From the human T2T-CHM13v2.0 reference genome, Homo sapiens: 64,000 nucleotides of DNA. The position numbers and the translations under genes were made by a program. The notes under the pieces are model-generated. The model was not told the origin of the DNA, ran no database searches, and saw nothing but the letters and a program-made list of their open reading frames with translations. Shown here one piece after another: positions 14,004 to 27,735 of this stretch (within the stretch, counting starts at the first letter, position 1; each line of letters begins with the position of its first letter). Location of the stretch: assembly GCF_009914755.1 (NCBI RefSeq), contig NC_060927.1. One strand, written 5' to 3'.

Positions 14004-14580
14004 TTACACCCTTTTCTCTTGATGGTCTCTGCTTTCACGTTTCACTAAAGCTGTAGTACCCCAACTTCTAAGTCCTGTGCTCTGAGCACATGCAAAGTTT
14101 GACCATGCTATCCTCTGCTGTGGACTTTCTTATCACTTCTATAAGCCAGTTTTAGTTTATACTGACATCTGCCCACTCTGGGTTGAATTCCTACCTGCTG
14201 TGGGAGAAAACAAACAGTGTACAAATCATTGCCACCAAAAAGTGATGGTGTCCAAGTGGAGATGCTTTGGAGGTCATTAACAATATGACCTGAGGTTTAG
14301 GAATGAGAGCCAAGCTAAAGATTTAGGTTTGAGATTCCTTAGCTCAGAGGTGTTAATGAAGCCACAGGTGGCCATGACTTGGTCTGTGAAAAGGGCAGAC
14401 TTTAAATAGGGAACAGTGATTTTTCTTCAGCCTAGTAATGTTTGTCCACACAGAGTTTCAATCATTTAAATATCAAGAGATCTAACAGAAATGTCTGTGT
14501 TTCTGATTTCCGTTGGTGATATAAAAAGAGTGGAGTTACATGTCTGCAGTGCAGCAATAGCCTAAAGCTGAGCAGACATT

Positions 14581-14660
14581 GCCTTCTATAGGCAGGGCAC
14601 ATGCTCTTTGGTTCCCTGAAGCCTTCTATAGGCAGGGCACATGCTCTTTGGTTCCCTGAA
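14581..14660. repeat. Perfect 40-bp tandem duplication
   Basis: GCCTTCTATAGGCAGGGCACATGCTCTTTGGTTCCCTGAA x2, identical. Confidence 0.98.
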
Positions 14661-14750
14661 GTTCCCACCACTTGCTGCTCAGCAACTTCACCCATTTACA
14701 TGCCAGCCTGTCTTCTGTAGACATTTTAATTTGCAATATCTGATAGACAA

Positions 14751-15020
14751 GGCCAAGCACTGTGGCTCGTGCCTGCAATCTCAGCACTCTGGGAGACCGA
14801 GACAGGTGGATCACTTGAGCCTGGAAGTTTGAGACCAGCCTGGGCAACATGGTAAGACTCTATGTCTTCAAAAAAAATACAAAAATTATCTGGGCATGGT
14901 GGCATGCGCCTGTAGTCCCAGCTACTTGGGAAGATTGCTTGTCCTCAAGAGGTGGAGGTTGCAATGAGCCAAGATTGCACTACTGCACTCCACTCCGAAC
15001 AAGATCCTGTCTCAAAAAAT
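14751..15020 (+). mobile_element. AluJ with right-arm deletions
   Basis: J-type TTGAGCCTGGAAG...GGGCAACA; 16-bp TSD aatatct(g/a)atagacaa at 14735-14750 and 15021-15036. Confidence 0.92.
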
Positions 15021-16317
15021 AATATCTAATAGACAATAGTAAACATATATCTATGCCTTTGATTTCATTCTCTCCTGCTGATCATTCAGTCAATTTTTTG
15101 TAATCGAATGGGAATTTAAAGTGTGCCTTTTTGATAGGGTTTTCATCAAGTTATTAGAGAGATGAAAGCCATCTAATGTTAGTGTAGGAAGAAATCTTAC
15201 CAATTATTTATTCATTTTACAAATGGAGAGAATGAAACTCAAAGAGGCCAGGGCAGTGAAACTCAGAGAGGCCTTGTTCAGAGTTGACAATAAGTTAATA
15301 TCACAGGGAGGATAGAACTCAGGTCACACTGTTCTTCCTAAGTCTTAGAATCTTTAGCTATTAACATAGGTACTGACTGGTATATTTGCTCTCAATTGAA
15401 CAGAAAAGTTGAGTACTTGTATCTGGAAGGGAATCAAAACAACAACAACAAAAGATAAAAAATAAAAATCTGTAACTACTTTGATAACTTATTAAAATAT
15501 GAAAATACAGTATACAGTTATTGAAGGAATTATAAACTTCTTTATTGCAGTTGTGTTTGAACAGTGCCTTTTAAAAAATAATCTGCTTATTTCTACCTAT
15601 TGAGAGAAATAGCTATTTTTTCAGTATTTTCCTTTGGACCACATTGAGTTTTTTCCCCAAACACAGTTTGTCATTCAACCAAATGAAAAGGTCCTCAGGC
15701 ACCACCCTCCACCCAAGAACCAAAGGAATCATTTGATGTGAAAGGTACGAGTCATGCCAGGCTCGGCACCAGCCAATTACCGATTACACAAGCTGTATTT
15801 TATCACTCCAAATACATGGAATTAAAATAATTGCAAATATGTGTATACACACAAACAGAAGTGTATCATATGCACACAGCTCCTTGATGGTGGTAGAAGG
15901 ACAGGGATATTTACTCTGGAATGAGATGTGATTCCTGTTATTGGACAAGGCCCGTAACTTGAGCCCACACTTATTAACACAGCATATCAGTGCAGACAGC
16001 TTGATAATGAGGAAACATCCAGCAAGGTTAACTCTTCAGCAAGGTTAGAGGCGTGAATAGTCTCATCCAGTTACCAGCTGAATATTTTTCAGAGAATGCC
16101 CATTTCCCTAGTTAAGTGTTTCTCAAACTTAGCTCCCTACGTGGGTCTTTGTAACCACACTGGGAATGCATGGAGCCATCTCCTGAACCCAGGCCAGTGA
16201 GCTAAACATTTCTGTGGCCCAGTCACTAGTGACGGTTGAGCATTAAGAACATTGCAAATGGTGACAATCTAGGAACCATTAAGCTACAGAACAGGTCCAA
16301 GATGAGGAGATACGTCC

Positions 16318-16369
16318 TTACAGAGGTCTAATGTAGCACCTGAGAATTACAGAGGTCTAATGTAGCACC
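16318..16369. repeat. 23-bp exact direct repeat with 6-bp spacer
   Basis: TTACAGAGGTCTAATGTAGCACC tgagaa TTACAGAGGTCTAATGTAGCACC. Confidence 0.95.
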
Positions 16370-18017
16370 AGTCATCCACAGTTGAGACTGGAATCTAGTC
16401 TAACACGACAGAGAGTTCGAAAGGTTGCAGACATAAGAAAGTAACAGCAGTGTGTGAAACATCACTTCCTGATTTCCTTGAAAGCAACTTAGTTCTGACT
16501 GCCAACCTCCATCCAGTTCTTGCCAGGTTGCTACGGAAGTTGCTTTTCTATTCTTATGGGAGCCAACCCAACCCCTAGCATTGTACACAGAAAATGGGGA
16601 AGGAGATCTAAATTCCAGTCAAAGTTGCCACTGACATTCCCATTGTCACATCCCAAGTGGTTCCTTGAAATATGGCTGCTCTCAGCTATCTGCCACTAGA
16701 AAAAGAATCCTCACTGAAGTTATAACATCAGTAGCTTGGATAGCACCTCCCTAGGCACATCATGGAGCAAGCCTATGGTAGAGGGAGCATTTTGGCTCCA
16801 TGCAAATGCCTGACTCCCACAGAACCACATTTTCCTCCCAGTCCAGAGGAAACTTGCCATTCTTTTTTGTGACTTGCCTCAACCCATTTGTCTGCATCTT
16901 GCCAGAGACCACCTGCTTTTCAATGACCTTTTACCATTCCTTACAGGAGAAAGAAACAGAGGCAGAGAGGGAAGGAGGGAATGGATACCAGAAAGCAATT
17001 AATCTGCAGGAGAGTAGTGGTTCAGAAGGTCAGAATGGAGCAAACTCTCTGAAATCCACTCTAGAATTAGCAGTAGAGCAGCTGATATAAGAGACCTACA
17101 TTTTTCATGTAGTGCTCTGGCCCCAGTTTCCCCCACCTCCTCTCTCCTATACACCACAATACGAATCCAGGGCTTCTGTAAGGTCACAGAGCAATCCTTG
17201 CCTATCTCCAGCACATACATAAAAATTCTTACCGGTTCACTGTTTCACATATATTCTTTATGAAAACCCAGTCATATCCTGTGAGGTAGGGGCGTGTGTG
17301 TTTGTGTCTGTGTGTATTTTTTCATGATGCCCAAAAACTAAGATCATATGTCTTCTCATCACTTTCTATTTTTGTTGCTCAGGGGAAAACTGAACACATA
17401 AACTTAGAAAAGCAGTCATACCAGCCTATGAGGTCCAGATGAGCTAATAAATGTCCTCTTGTCTTTATAATCTCCAATTCCTGTGATAAGATATTAGGGC
17501 AATAGGTTTTCCAAAGTAAATTTATATTCTATTAGCAGGTAGTGTGTATTCTACAGCTTCTGGATATTTTGCTACAAGTAACATTTCAGTTAAATTATAT
17601 TCTCTGGGACAGGTAATTAGAGGTAAAATTGCTCCCCTTTTGGGTACATGCATCCTTCCCCACGAATATTCTCATCAAGAGGCAAAGGTGGCTGGAGTAA
17701 AGTCCCAAGTGTGTTCGTTTCTAAGAGAAGCCGTTTAGCATATCAGAATGAGCATGATCTTTGAAATTGTCCAGATACGTAGCCCCATACTAGCTATGGG
17801 ACCTTAGGTAGGTTATTTAACTCTCTAACCCTTATTTTATCATCAATAAGTGGGGTAATAATGGCAACATCACAATTTAGGCAAATAATCAGTATCCCAT
17901 CCATGAAAGAGGTTGCTGTTGCTGCCTTTACCATCCTTAACAATATCCTCTTTATTTATGGGGAAGGGTCATTATCCATCATCAAGTGACAAAGCTTGAC
18001 TGCCTTTCCTCCTAGAG

Positions 18018-18349
18018 CAGGTTCAGCAGACTATAGCCTATGGGGGCAAATCCTGACAGTTGTCTGTTTTTGTACAGCACATGGACTAAGAAAGACTTCA
18101 GCTGTAAAAAATCAAAAGGAGAATATTAACATTTCATAACACATGAAAATTCTATGAAATTCAAATTTCAGTGTCCACCAATAAAGTTTTATTGCAACAC
18201 AGCCACACTCATTCCTTTGCATATTGCCTAAGGCAACTTTCATGCTATAGGTGCAGAGAGTTAAATAGCTGTAACAAAAACCCTTGCCCCACAAAACTTA
18301 AAATATTTACTATTGTGCCCTTTACAGAAAGAGCCCGTCAATGCCCTAG
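18018..18349 (+). mobile_element. MER58B-like hAT element
   Basis: ATGAAATTCAAATTTCAGTGTCCA...AATAAAGTTTTATTG.AACACAGCCAC...AAAATATTTACTAT...CCCTTTACAGAAA; 8-bp TSD (t/c)cctagag. Confidence 0.88.
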
Positions 18350-20299
18350 CCCTAGAGAATACAGTATAGGGAAGACCACGTGAGAAACTGCTTCATCACA
18401 AATAATCAGCTTTGCCCTTGTGATCTTTGGTGTAGGTCTTGCATTTGGAATCAGTGTTTAGTTTTTATATGTGCTATTTTTTAATATGTATGGCTTGTCT
18501 CTGCATTGGCAGTTACCCCGGCATATCTCAGTTTCAGTTCTGAGTGAACGTGTTGATGTCTTTGAGGCATTCCTCAAGAACGTCTCAAAATTATTAGTTA
18601 TATTCCTTTATTCCTCATTGATCATATTATAAACCACCTTACCTATAATATGCCCTCATCGTTTGTTGAAAATTTACCCAGCATTTCTACAGTGGTGTAA
18701 TAACAAAGAGTCTGAAACATAATTTTATGTATAATATATGATGGTTGTGGTGGTGGTTCTGAAGAAGAAAGAGGAAGAGGAGGGTAGAGGGAAAGAAGAG
18801 GAAAAAGATTCAGTTTTACTCCCAATGTGGAATAATAGCAGGAAGTCTGTTGTGTGGCTTCAGGACATTATCTCAGTTCCAAGCTGAGTGAAATCAAGGT
18901 GGGAGTTTTCTCCACTAGGATACTGAGAATGAGGAACTCACAGGAAAGTAATAGAAGCTATTAATTGCAGGATCTAGTCCTTGCACAATAATATTTCATC
19001 ACGCTATTTACCTGGAGCCATTGCCTCAGGGGAATATAGTAATTAGCATAACTATCAACAACAATAGCATGTATGCATAAGTTAAAACATATGTATTTTG
19101 ACTAGCAAATTGTCTCACTAACAAAAGAGGGTTAGATGTAGTTTCTTGGTGCTGCAAAAATGTGCAAGCAAAATAAACAATTATTAGAGCTTTTTTCTCC
19201 TGCTGTTTATAATTGAACTGAGCTACAACCCATGCTTTTTCCCATTACAAATATATTTATGACCTTTGTTCGTTAGCACAGAAATATATGTCAACATATG
19301 AGACAACTGGATACCTACCTGCTAGGGACGGTGACATTTGTTCTTACTGCTTTGCAGAGTATGCAGGTGTGATGAATGTCAACACCCTGCGTCCTTGTTA
19401 TTGTTAGGCAGCAGTATGCAATCCACTTGATTTTCATTTAGTGTGTTGGATAAATTAAATCTCAGATTCTTAAACTTAAGTGGCACACTTGGACCCATGA
19501 GAAGTATTAAGTTTCTTGCTATGCAACTGGCAATTCTATCTGCTTATTCACAAATATTTGAAAATGCGATCCCTTGACTAAGTATTTTTGCAAATAGCAG
19601 GAGGAAAAGTTGGCAAGAAGCAGCTTTGCTTCTAAGAGAGTTTGATGTTCTCCTTTCGGAAAAGCGATGAAAACCTACAGTGCCCGGTGCTTTACCTCCG
19701 CTACCTATGCCCTCCCTGCAGGCAGTTCCAATAATTTTCCTTTTCCTGCCAGCCTACTTTCTCCTTGATGAAGTTCAGTGAATATTTAAGCCTTGAGGAT
19801 TGGGGCTGGAGAGAGGGAGCATTGATTTCATCAGTTGTTTTGGAACACGTGGGATCTTTTCTATTTTTCCTTTTGCATCTTTTTTAGTATGATACAAATT
19901 AGGATTAAATTTATCTTTCTGAGGCCTGTTGCTGTTTATTTCTTTGACTAAAATATCCGGCAACAGTATATCATGAACAGCTCTCTTTCTTAAAATTATT
20001 TCGTAAATATTTTTTGTCGCACACACACTGGCGCATGCAAACACTATTTCGTTTAATCTTGTGGTGACTCTGTCAAGAAAGGGAAATAGCTTTATAGAAA
20101 AATTCTGAACTAAAGTGTGTAAAATTAAGATCTCTGTGTTTCATTGTATAAAAATTTTAGCTCAAATGAACAAAAGACCTCTCATTTTTATTTTTATTTT
20201 AGCATTTCTTTACCATAAGGTTAGAGTAACTTTTTAAAAATATGGTAGCCTAAAAAAACTAATGACTAAACCTTAAAGACTAATTTAAAATTTTTATCA

Positions 20300-20712
20300 A
20301 ATTTTTTTCTATTATTTTCTTAGGAAAATTCTCAAACCTATTAAATTCAAAAGAATGTTATGGTGAACACCTGTATGCATGTCAATGAAATGCTACCTTC
20401 ATGATTTTATTATAACCAGCTATCCATTCTCCATCCACCCATCAATTCACCTTTATTTTTGATACATTGCAAAGTAAACCGCAAATATCCATATGTCTTC
20501 CTAAATACCTAGTCTGCCTATCATTAATTAGTATTTGATATTTGGTTTACAGCTTTTTGTTTCTTTGAGCTAAAATTTATATAACCTGAAACACACAGAT
20601 CTTAAGTGTCCATTTCTTGAGATTTGACCAGTGCATATTTCTGTGTCAACGAAATCCCCAGATATATCAAGATATAGAACAGAGTTATCACAAAAATCTC
20701 CTCCGGTCCCTG
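20300..20712 (-). mobile_element. L1MD-type 3' end
   Basis: TCCATCCACCCATCAATTCACC...AAAGTAAA...CACAGATCTTAAGTGT...ATCAAGATATAGAACA. Confidence 0.7.
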
Positions 20713-21269
20713 TTAAGTCTTAGTTGCTTTAAATCAAATATCAGTTCAGGTTGATTTTATAAGGTTTTCTTTAAAACTGTTTAGATGCAGGCAGAATACA
20801 AAAGATGAAAAAGACATGATCCCTACCCTCTAAAAGCATATAGATGGTGACAAAAACCACCAAAATAGAAAATTTCAATTTTCAATATGTTTTAAATAAT
20901 AACATGTGGTAGATGCTATGGAAGCACCTAGCAGTGTCTGTTCATCCATCTGGACTCTCAGGAAAGGGTTTTGGAGGAGAAGTCAGCTTTAGTCTGGAGA
21001 GAAAAAATGAATAAATGTTAGCCAGGAGAAAAGAATGATAAAAGAAATTGCTCCAAGAAATAGAGTACGTATTTTAAATCAGTTTCTGCTGTTCTAGTGT
21101 TTGGGAGAATTTATGAATCAGAGCACACCGAGGAACTTGCATCGTCCTCTCAAGAATACTAGGAAACACATCACAAGAATTCATTGATAAACTGAGTCTC
21201 TGTACCCCAAGGGTATTTCCACTGCCTTCCACCTTCCGAGTTGCTGGGCCCCAACTTCTAAGAAGGACA

Positions 21270-21710
21270 CTTCTCAAACCTTCAGTGGCTCCTGTTTGCT
21301 GCTATTATTAGACACATTCTTCTTATCCTAGCATTTCTAGGTGCCTTTCATCTTCCCAGTATAGTCCTAATCTGACTTTGCCCCACTTCCCCGTTTACTT
21401 ACATCTTATACTCAAATTATATTAAACTCTCCAGTCCTCATACTTTCCTGCTAGGATGCCTTTGCCCAAGTCTTTGCCTGTTTCTGGAATCCTCTCTCTT
21501 TAATGTCTACCTTTCATAACCCCGTTCATCTGCCAAGTCTTTCCCCCTGCCCATCAGAAGCCATCTTGTCTAAAAACTCCCATAGTTCCTTGCTCCTACC
21601 ATTCCCACTTTTAAAGCCAAACACAGCTGTTTTGTTCTGCTGTAGCTGACAATGTCTAGCACAGTGCTCAGCACAAAGTAGGAAATTAGTAAGTATTTGT
21701 TGAATAACAG
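21270..21710 (+). mobile_element. L2 fragment
   Basis: AAACCTTCAGTGGCTCC...GCCTTTGC...CTGGAATCCTCT...TCTAGCACAGTGCTCAGCACAAAGTAGG...TAAGTATTTGTTGAAT. Confidence 0.7.
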
Positions 21711-21832
21711 TGAGTTCTATCTTATGTCAGTGTGTACTTATAGATCTAGAGTTTCTCTAAAGCAGAGTCTGTGTTCTATACTTCTTTACATTCCCAGAAA
21801 TCATAAAGGACAGTCAAGAATTGAACAACATT

Positions 21833-22121
21833 GGCCAGGTGCGGTGGCTCGCACCTGTAGTTTCAGGACTTTAGGTGGATCACTTTAGGTCAGGAGTTCG
21901 AGATCAGCCTGGCAAACATAACAAAGCCCCGTCTCTACCAAAAGTACAAAAATTAGCTGGGCATGGTGGCAGATGCCTGTAATCCCAGCTACTTAGGAGG
22001 CGAGGCAAGAGAATTGCTTGAACTCAGGAGGCAGAGGTTGCAGTGAGCTAAGGTCGTGCCACCGCACTCCAGCCTGGGCAACAGAGTGAGACCCTGTCTC
22101 AAAGAAAGAAAGAAAGAAAGA
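21833..22121 (+). mobile_element. AluS with small left-arm deletion and (GAAA)n tail
   Basis: TSD aattgaacaacatt at 21819-21832 and 22122-22135. Confidence 0.93.
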
Positions 22122-23649
22122 AATTGAACAACATTAAATAAACCTACAATGCTATTCTAATATCTGAGCTGTAGCATTACAGTTCTATTTATATTTAATA
22201 CAAATTTAAAGAACATGTTGTTTGAGGAGTAGACCTCACAACGTTTGTTTTTGTATTAGTATACTTCAACCCCTCTCTTACTACCCCTGAAGGCTTATAA
22301 ATGAACCGTTTGGTTTTAAATTTTAAAAAGGAATCTTATAAATTAAGTGCAGAAAGAAAATGGGAAAGTCCTTGATATGGTAAATGTTTAGTTTTGGAGA
22401 GAATATCAATGTTATTTATGTAGTCAGTGCATCTGTTGACTGACTACCTATTACATGCCAGGGGCTGGGCAAAAAGCACCTGTCCTGGTGTAGCACTGTT
22501 TCCAGTATAGGAATATCTTACAGCAGACCCCAGAGAAAGAGTTGGACTTTGTATATTTGGGCCCTTTGATTTGTGTATGAGAAACGTATTACTGAGTGAA
22601 TGGAAGCCTTCTGATTGCAGATAACCCCAATTATTGGAAAGTTCTTCTTTATAGTAAGCTTTGTACTGCCTCTCTCTAACATCTTCCAGCCAGCCCTATT
22701 TCTGTCACTGGAGCCTCCAGAACCAAGTAAACCCCTCTTATGCACAGCACCTTTTCAGTATTGAAGATTTACATTACACACCCTACCCCCAAGCCTCACC
22801 TTTTTCAGACCAAGTATATAGAACTCAAAATACTTTTTCAAAGGAATTGGTTTCCAAATTGCTGTTTGTTTTTTCTTAAACATTTTATATCAGTTCCAAC
22901 ATCTGATGTCAGTTTGATGTCCTCCTCAGTTTATTCTGTAACAGGTTTTGTGATAGACACCAGCAGAGGGATATTGGGGGTTGTGGGGAAGGGATGTTAT
23001 AGAGAAGACGAACAGAGCATAATCTTTGTTGTCCTAAAGTATATACATGGCAGGAGAAAACAATCACTTTGTCAGATCATTTCAATATGATGCTGCAAGT
23101 CATGTCAGAGATAAGCAATGGGTACTGTGGGAGCACTCGGGTAATCTAGTCCAATCTGGGTTTTAGGGAAAGAATTTTAGAAGTGTCACCAGAGTTGAGT
23201 CTGAAATTATGAGCAAATGTTATCCAAGAGAAGAATGATAGGAAGGGAGACAATAGAAGTTAAGGCACTGAGGTATGAAATCAGTATAGGGTGGTAGGGG
23301 TGGGGGTAATGACACTATAGTTACTTATGTGAAGTATTAGCTCGAGAATGGCAGAAAATAGGGCTTGTGAGGTATGTATGTATATACACATGTATGCATT
23401 ATGTGTATATGTGTGTCTATCTCTGTAAGTGTGTATGTAAATACATTCTGATTTTCTAATTCTTAGATTTTGCCCCAATTCTCTTGTTAGAAATTAGAAT
23501 TTTGGCTCTACGGCCAAGGACTTTATTCAGCATATTAGCTTTTCAAGAGATCATAAATAATCATCGTTGATAACTATAATGACCTGAAGTGTTATAACAA
23601 ATAATTTCTGCGAAGTGGAGTTTTAGGTAATACATATCATTAAAGGCAT

Positions 23650-24047
23650 TGCTATGAGTTGAATGTGTGTTCCCTCCAAAGTTCAGGTTGAAACTTAATC
23701 TCCATCATGGTGGTATGAAGAGATGAAGTCTTTTGGGAAGTGTTTAAATCATGAGGGCATCACATTTATGAATGAATTAATGCACTTATAAAAGAGGCTT
23801 CAAAGAAAGTTTGCTGCTTTTTGCTGTTTGGCTCTTCTGCCATGTGAGGACATAGCATTCCTCCCCTTCAGACGACACAGCCTCAAGGCACCATCTTGGA
23901 AGCAGAGCAAGGCCTCACCAGACACCAAACTTGCTGGCTCCTTGATCTTGGATTTTCCAGCCTCCAGAACTGTGAAAATAAATTTATATTATTTGTTAAT
24001 GACCCAGTCTTAGGTCTTATTTATAGAATCCCAAAGGGACTGAGACA
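23650..24047 (+). mobile_element. MaLR solo LTR (MST C/D-like)
   Basis: TGCTATGAGTTGAATG...CAAGGCACCATCTTGGAAGCAGAG...CCAGCCTCCAGAACTGTGA...GACTGAGACA. Confidence 0.88.
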
Positions 24048-24627
24048 GTATAGTTATAAATCAATGTCAAGTTTCTTCCAGTTTCTTAATATGGAGGTTT
24101 GCCATTTGAGGATGCTTCATTGCTTCTCTGACCTGAATAAAGTAGCATATATGATTCTCATTATACTATTGATATTTAAGGGAACGGCTTACATCCATTT
24201 CATAAGAGTTGTGTCTCATGAATTATTTGTATTCCAGAAACCAAACTTTGTCTGGAGCATCCCAATTTAAGATAGCCATTTGTTAAGTTAATTGCCATGA
24301 ATGGGTGACATTTAATAAAGTATGTGAATACTTAGGAACGGAAGGTTGCGAATTAAAAAATAAAATTATTCTCCTCTTTATTCAGTTTTGTATATCACTT
24401 ACCAAAGCTCACCCTGCCTATTCTATGGTGTTTGAGTTCATGCATCCAGACTTGTGTTAAGAAGAAGGGTGACAAATTTAGAATTCACAGTGTGTGTTGC
24501 CATGGGAAATACAACAAGCTATTAAGAAATTGTCTTTTCAATAACTTTTTAGTGTAATTAAGGAGATCATGCATATGCTCCTGGAAAGAGAGCCTGTAGT
24601 ATTGAGTACTAGCTAAGTGCTGTGGGC

Positions 24628-25030
24628 TGTGTAGACAATGTCTGTGGTATGCCTGCCCAGTGACTGTTTCTCCTGCTTTTGCAATAGCATTTTAATTTTT
24701 CTTTGGAGAACTATACCTGTCCTATTTTCAGCAGTCCATTTGTTTTTTTCTGAGCATCCGTCTCTGTCTCCCAGACTTAAAGAGATCCAGGTTGGAATAC
24801 TCAAAATCCACCCTCAAACTTGTGCTGAATCTATGTGGAAAGGAGATGTGCCTACTCATTACCATGTTTGTGGTGGCAGAATGTCAGGTTGGGGTTGCCA
24901 GTGACCATGTTTGTCCCCACAAAGAAGAGCCTACCTGAAAATACAGACAGCAAAAGACAATGGATCTTAAGTCTTTGCAATTATATCAGACAATATATAT
25001 TTTTTCTTAGGCTAGTTAAAGTTCTCCATC
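24628..25030 (+). mobile_element. Old MaLR LTR (MLT1J/K-like)
   Basis: TGTAGACAATGTCTGTGGTATGCCTGCCCAG...TTTTCTTTGGAGAAC start motif. Confidence 0.5.
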
Positions 25031-25034
25031 ACTT

Positions 25035-25440
25035 GAATTAGTCATGGTTTATTCAGAGAAGCAACCGATACGATGCATAGAGAGAGAGAAAAAAAAAGAT
25101 ACTTATTTTAAGGAACTGGCTCATGCAGTTGTGAGGGCTGTCAAGTCTGAATTGCACAGGGCAGGCTGGCAGTCTGGAGATTCAGGGAAGAGTTGATGTT
25201 ACAGTCTTGGAGTCCAAAGGCAGTCTGGAGGGAGAATTCCTTCTTCAGGGATCTCAGTCTTTTAAGACTTTAAACTGATTGGATGAGGCCCACCCACAGG
25301 TTCCAGGGCAATTTGCTTTATACTACTGATTTAAATGTTACTCACACCCAAAAAACACCTTGTAACATTCATCCGGACTGATGTTTGACTAAATGGGTAC
25401 GATAGCCAAGCCAAGTTAACACATGAAATTAATCATCTCA
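25035..25440 (-). mobile_element. ERVL solo LTR (MLT2-type)
   Basis: TTATTTTAAGGAACTGGCTCA...AACTGATTGGATGAGGCCCACCCAC...CAAGTTAACACATGAAATTAATCATCTCA. Confidence 0.88.
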
Positions 25441-26109
25441 CTCCTAAATGAAAACGCCGTGGCTAATCTATGCAGTAACTACTATAGTTGCTCAGATGTT
25501 GCAGAAATTATCACAGGACTGATGTAGTCAGGAGAGGTTGTCAAGAGAACATACTATTTCATGGTAAGTTATAAAATCCATACTTTTACTATTTTGTAAA
25601 TAAGGAATATCTTTTATGGCTATGAGAAAATTGAATAAGCTGATACACATGGGAGGCACCTAAATATTTAATTTTCTCTCCCTTTTCCCTTCCATTTATA
25701 TATTTGAGTTTCTGATTAAGCCTGTGTTGTACCTGAGTCTGGAACTTTGCAAGGCACTTTATGTTGAGGATTTATGTTTTAGAGATTAAATGACTTCATG
25801 CGGACCACGCCGTAATCTAAGGGTCTAGAGCTCAGAGTGACCACAGCGAAGGCACTGAGCCTTGTACTTATTTTACAAATAGGAAGCTGTTCTCTGTGGT
25901 GATTAATTTTTTAAAAATTAAGTTTCAGTGCTAGTGTTCTTTGCCAGTCAGATGTCTACATACGTTTCTAAGTCCGTACAGCTAGAAAGTGTGTGTCAAA
26001 TAAAAGAGTTGAAGTTACTTAGCTCCTGGCCTCATATCTATTTCATCATGCTATTTAGGCATTCTTTTAAGATATAAAAAGCAAAAATATGTAAAAATAG
26101 CCATTTCTA

Positions 26110-26427
<318 letters not shown>

Positions 26428-27589
26428 TTAGTATACCTGTCCCAGGTATTTTATTTCTAATTGGGAGACTAGCTTAATGCTTGGAAGAATTTGATGATGA
26501 TCTTTTAAAATGTCACCAAATCTAATCACTCAGCCCTAAAATACACCCTCAGGGTATAACTTCAGATTAATGAGGACTAAGACTTGTTGGGAGGGCTTTG
26601 GAGTGGAAATTTCCACCATTGTTAATTTGCAGGAGGACATGTCTGATGTGTTTTTGTGATGGTTTCACATCTGACAGTCTGTCTCCTAGGCACCTGGCTG
26701 TTCTCCACTCCGTTCCTTCCTGAATGTTGCGCTAGATTGTCAAATGCCACTTCAGACTAGATCTGTGCCCCCGAAAGTCATGTGCAACTTCATGAAAAAA
26801 ATCTACCTGACATTTTCAAATGCAACTCACTTGAACTTGTAAAAGTCAGGTGTAAATTGAGAATAGATTTGCACCTAAGTCTTCTTTGGTTGATTTCAGT
26901 ATTTGCTTGGAACTGACATTTGGAGAATAACTCAGTTGCCCTCAGAATTGGTCCCCTGCTCACTCCAAAGTGTTGTCAGGGAGCGCTTAGTGTCCGAATG
27001 GCTAGTACAGTATGCTTCAGGTGAATTTCAGGCACTTTTATTTACTGGGTTTGGACCAGTTTGGAATGGAAATTAACAATATGTGAATTCAGTGGTTTCA
27101 CCAGTGTAGCCTCTTGAGCAAACCTTGGACACTGAATCATATTTGTTGCCTAAAGATATTAATGATTATCTGGCTTAGCCTCATGGGCCTGATTCTTCTT
27201 CAACAGTAATGTGTTGATTATTGGCATTTTAGACATGGTTGGTATTATACAGCTGAATCTCTGCACAAATTCAGAGCAGCTATGCAGGCTTCTGCCACTG
27301 GGTGAGTTGATGAAGGAGATGATGTCTCCTCTCATAATGCTGCACCAAACAGATGGAATGGCAAGCTGTCTATGACTCTGAGTATCTCTGAACATGAACC
27401 TGTCCTTCTGCCTACCCTAATCATTCCACTTTCACGAAGTGCATGCACTACTGAGCCACAGAGAAATTACACAACAAGCAGTAGACATGGTGCCTGAAGG
27501 CAATGCAACTCTTGAACTGGAAATTTAGCACACATGTGAAATCCTTCGCAGATACAAAGCCGTTCTTAGACTATTATTTTCAAAGGTAA

Positions 27590-27735
27590 AATTAGAGATG
27601 TAATAACCTTATGAGATCATCATGTCCAGTTCTCTCATTTTAGAGATAGTAAAACTGTGATCCAGAAGTTAAGTCCCTTACTTATGGTTATATATTTAGA
27701 GGAAGAGATGGGGCAAGAATTCCAGGTCCTTGCAC
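27590..27735 (-). mobile_element. MIR
   Basis: CCTTATGAGATCATC...CTCATTTTAGAGATAGTAAAACTG...AGAAGTTAAGT. Confidence 0.6.

Noticed and set aside
17233-17278. Minus-strand mini-exon (CCG|GTAAGA donor)
   Set aside because: Splice-like motifs only, with no independent support; frequency is compatible with chance.
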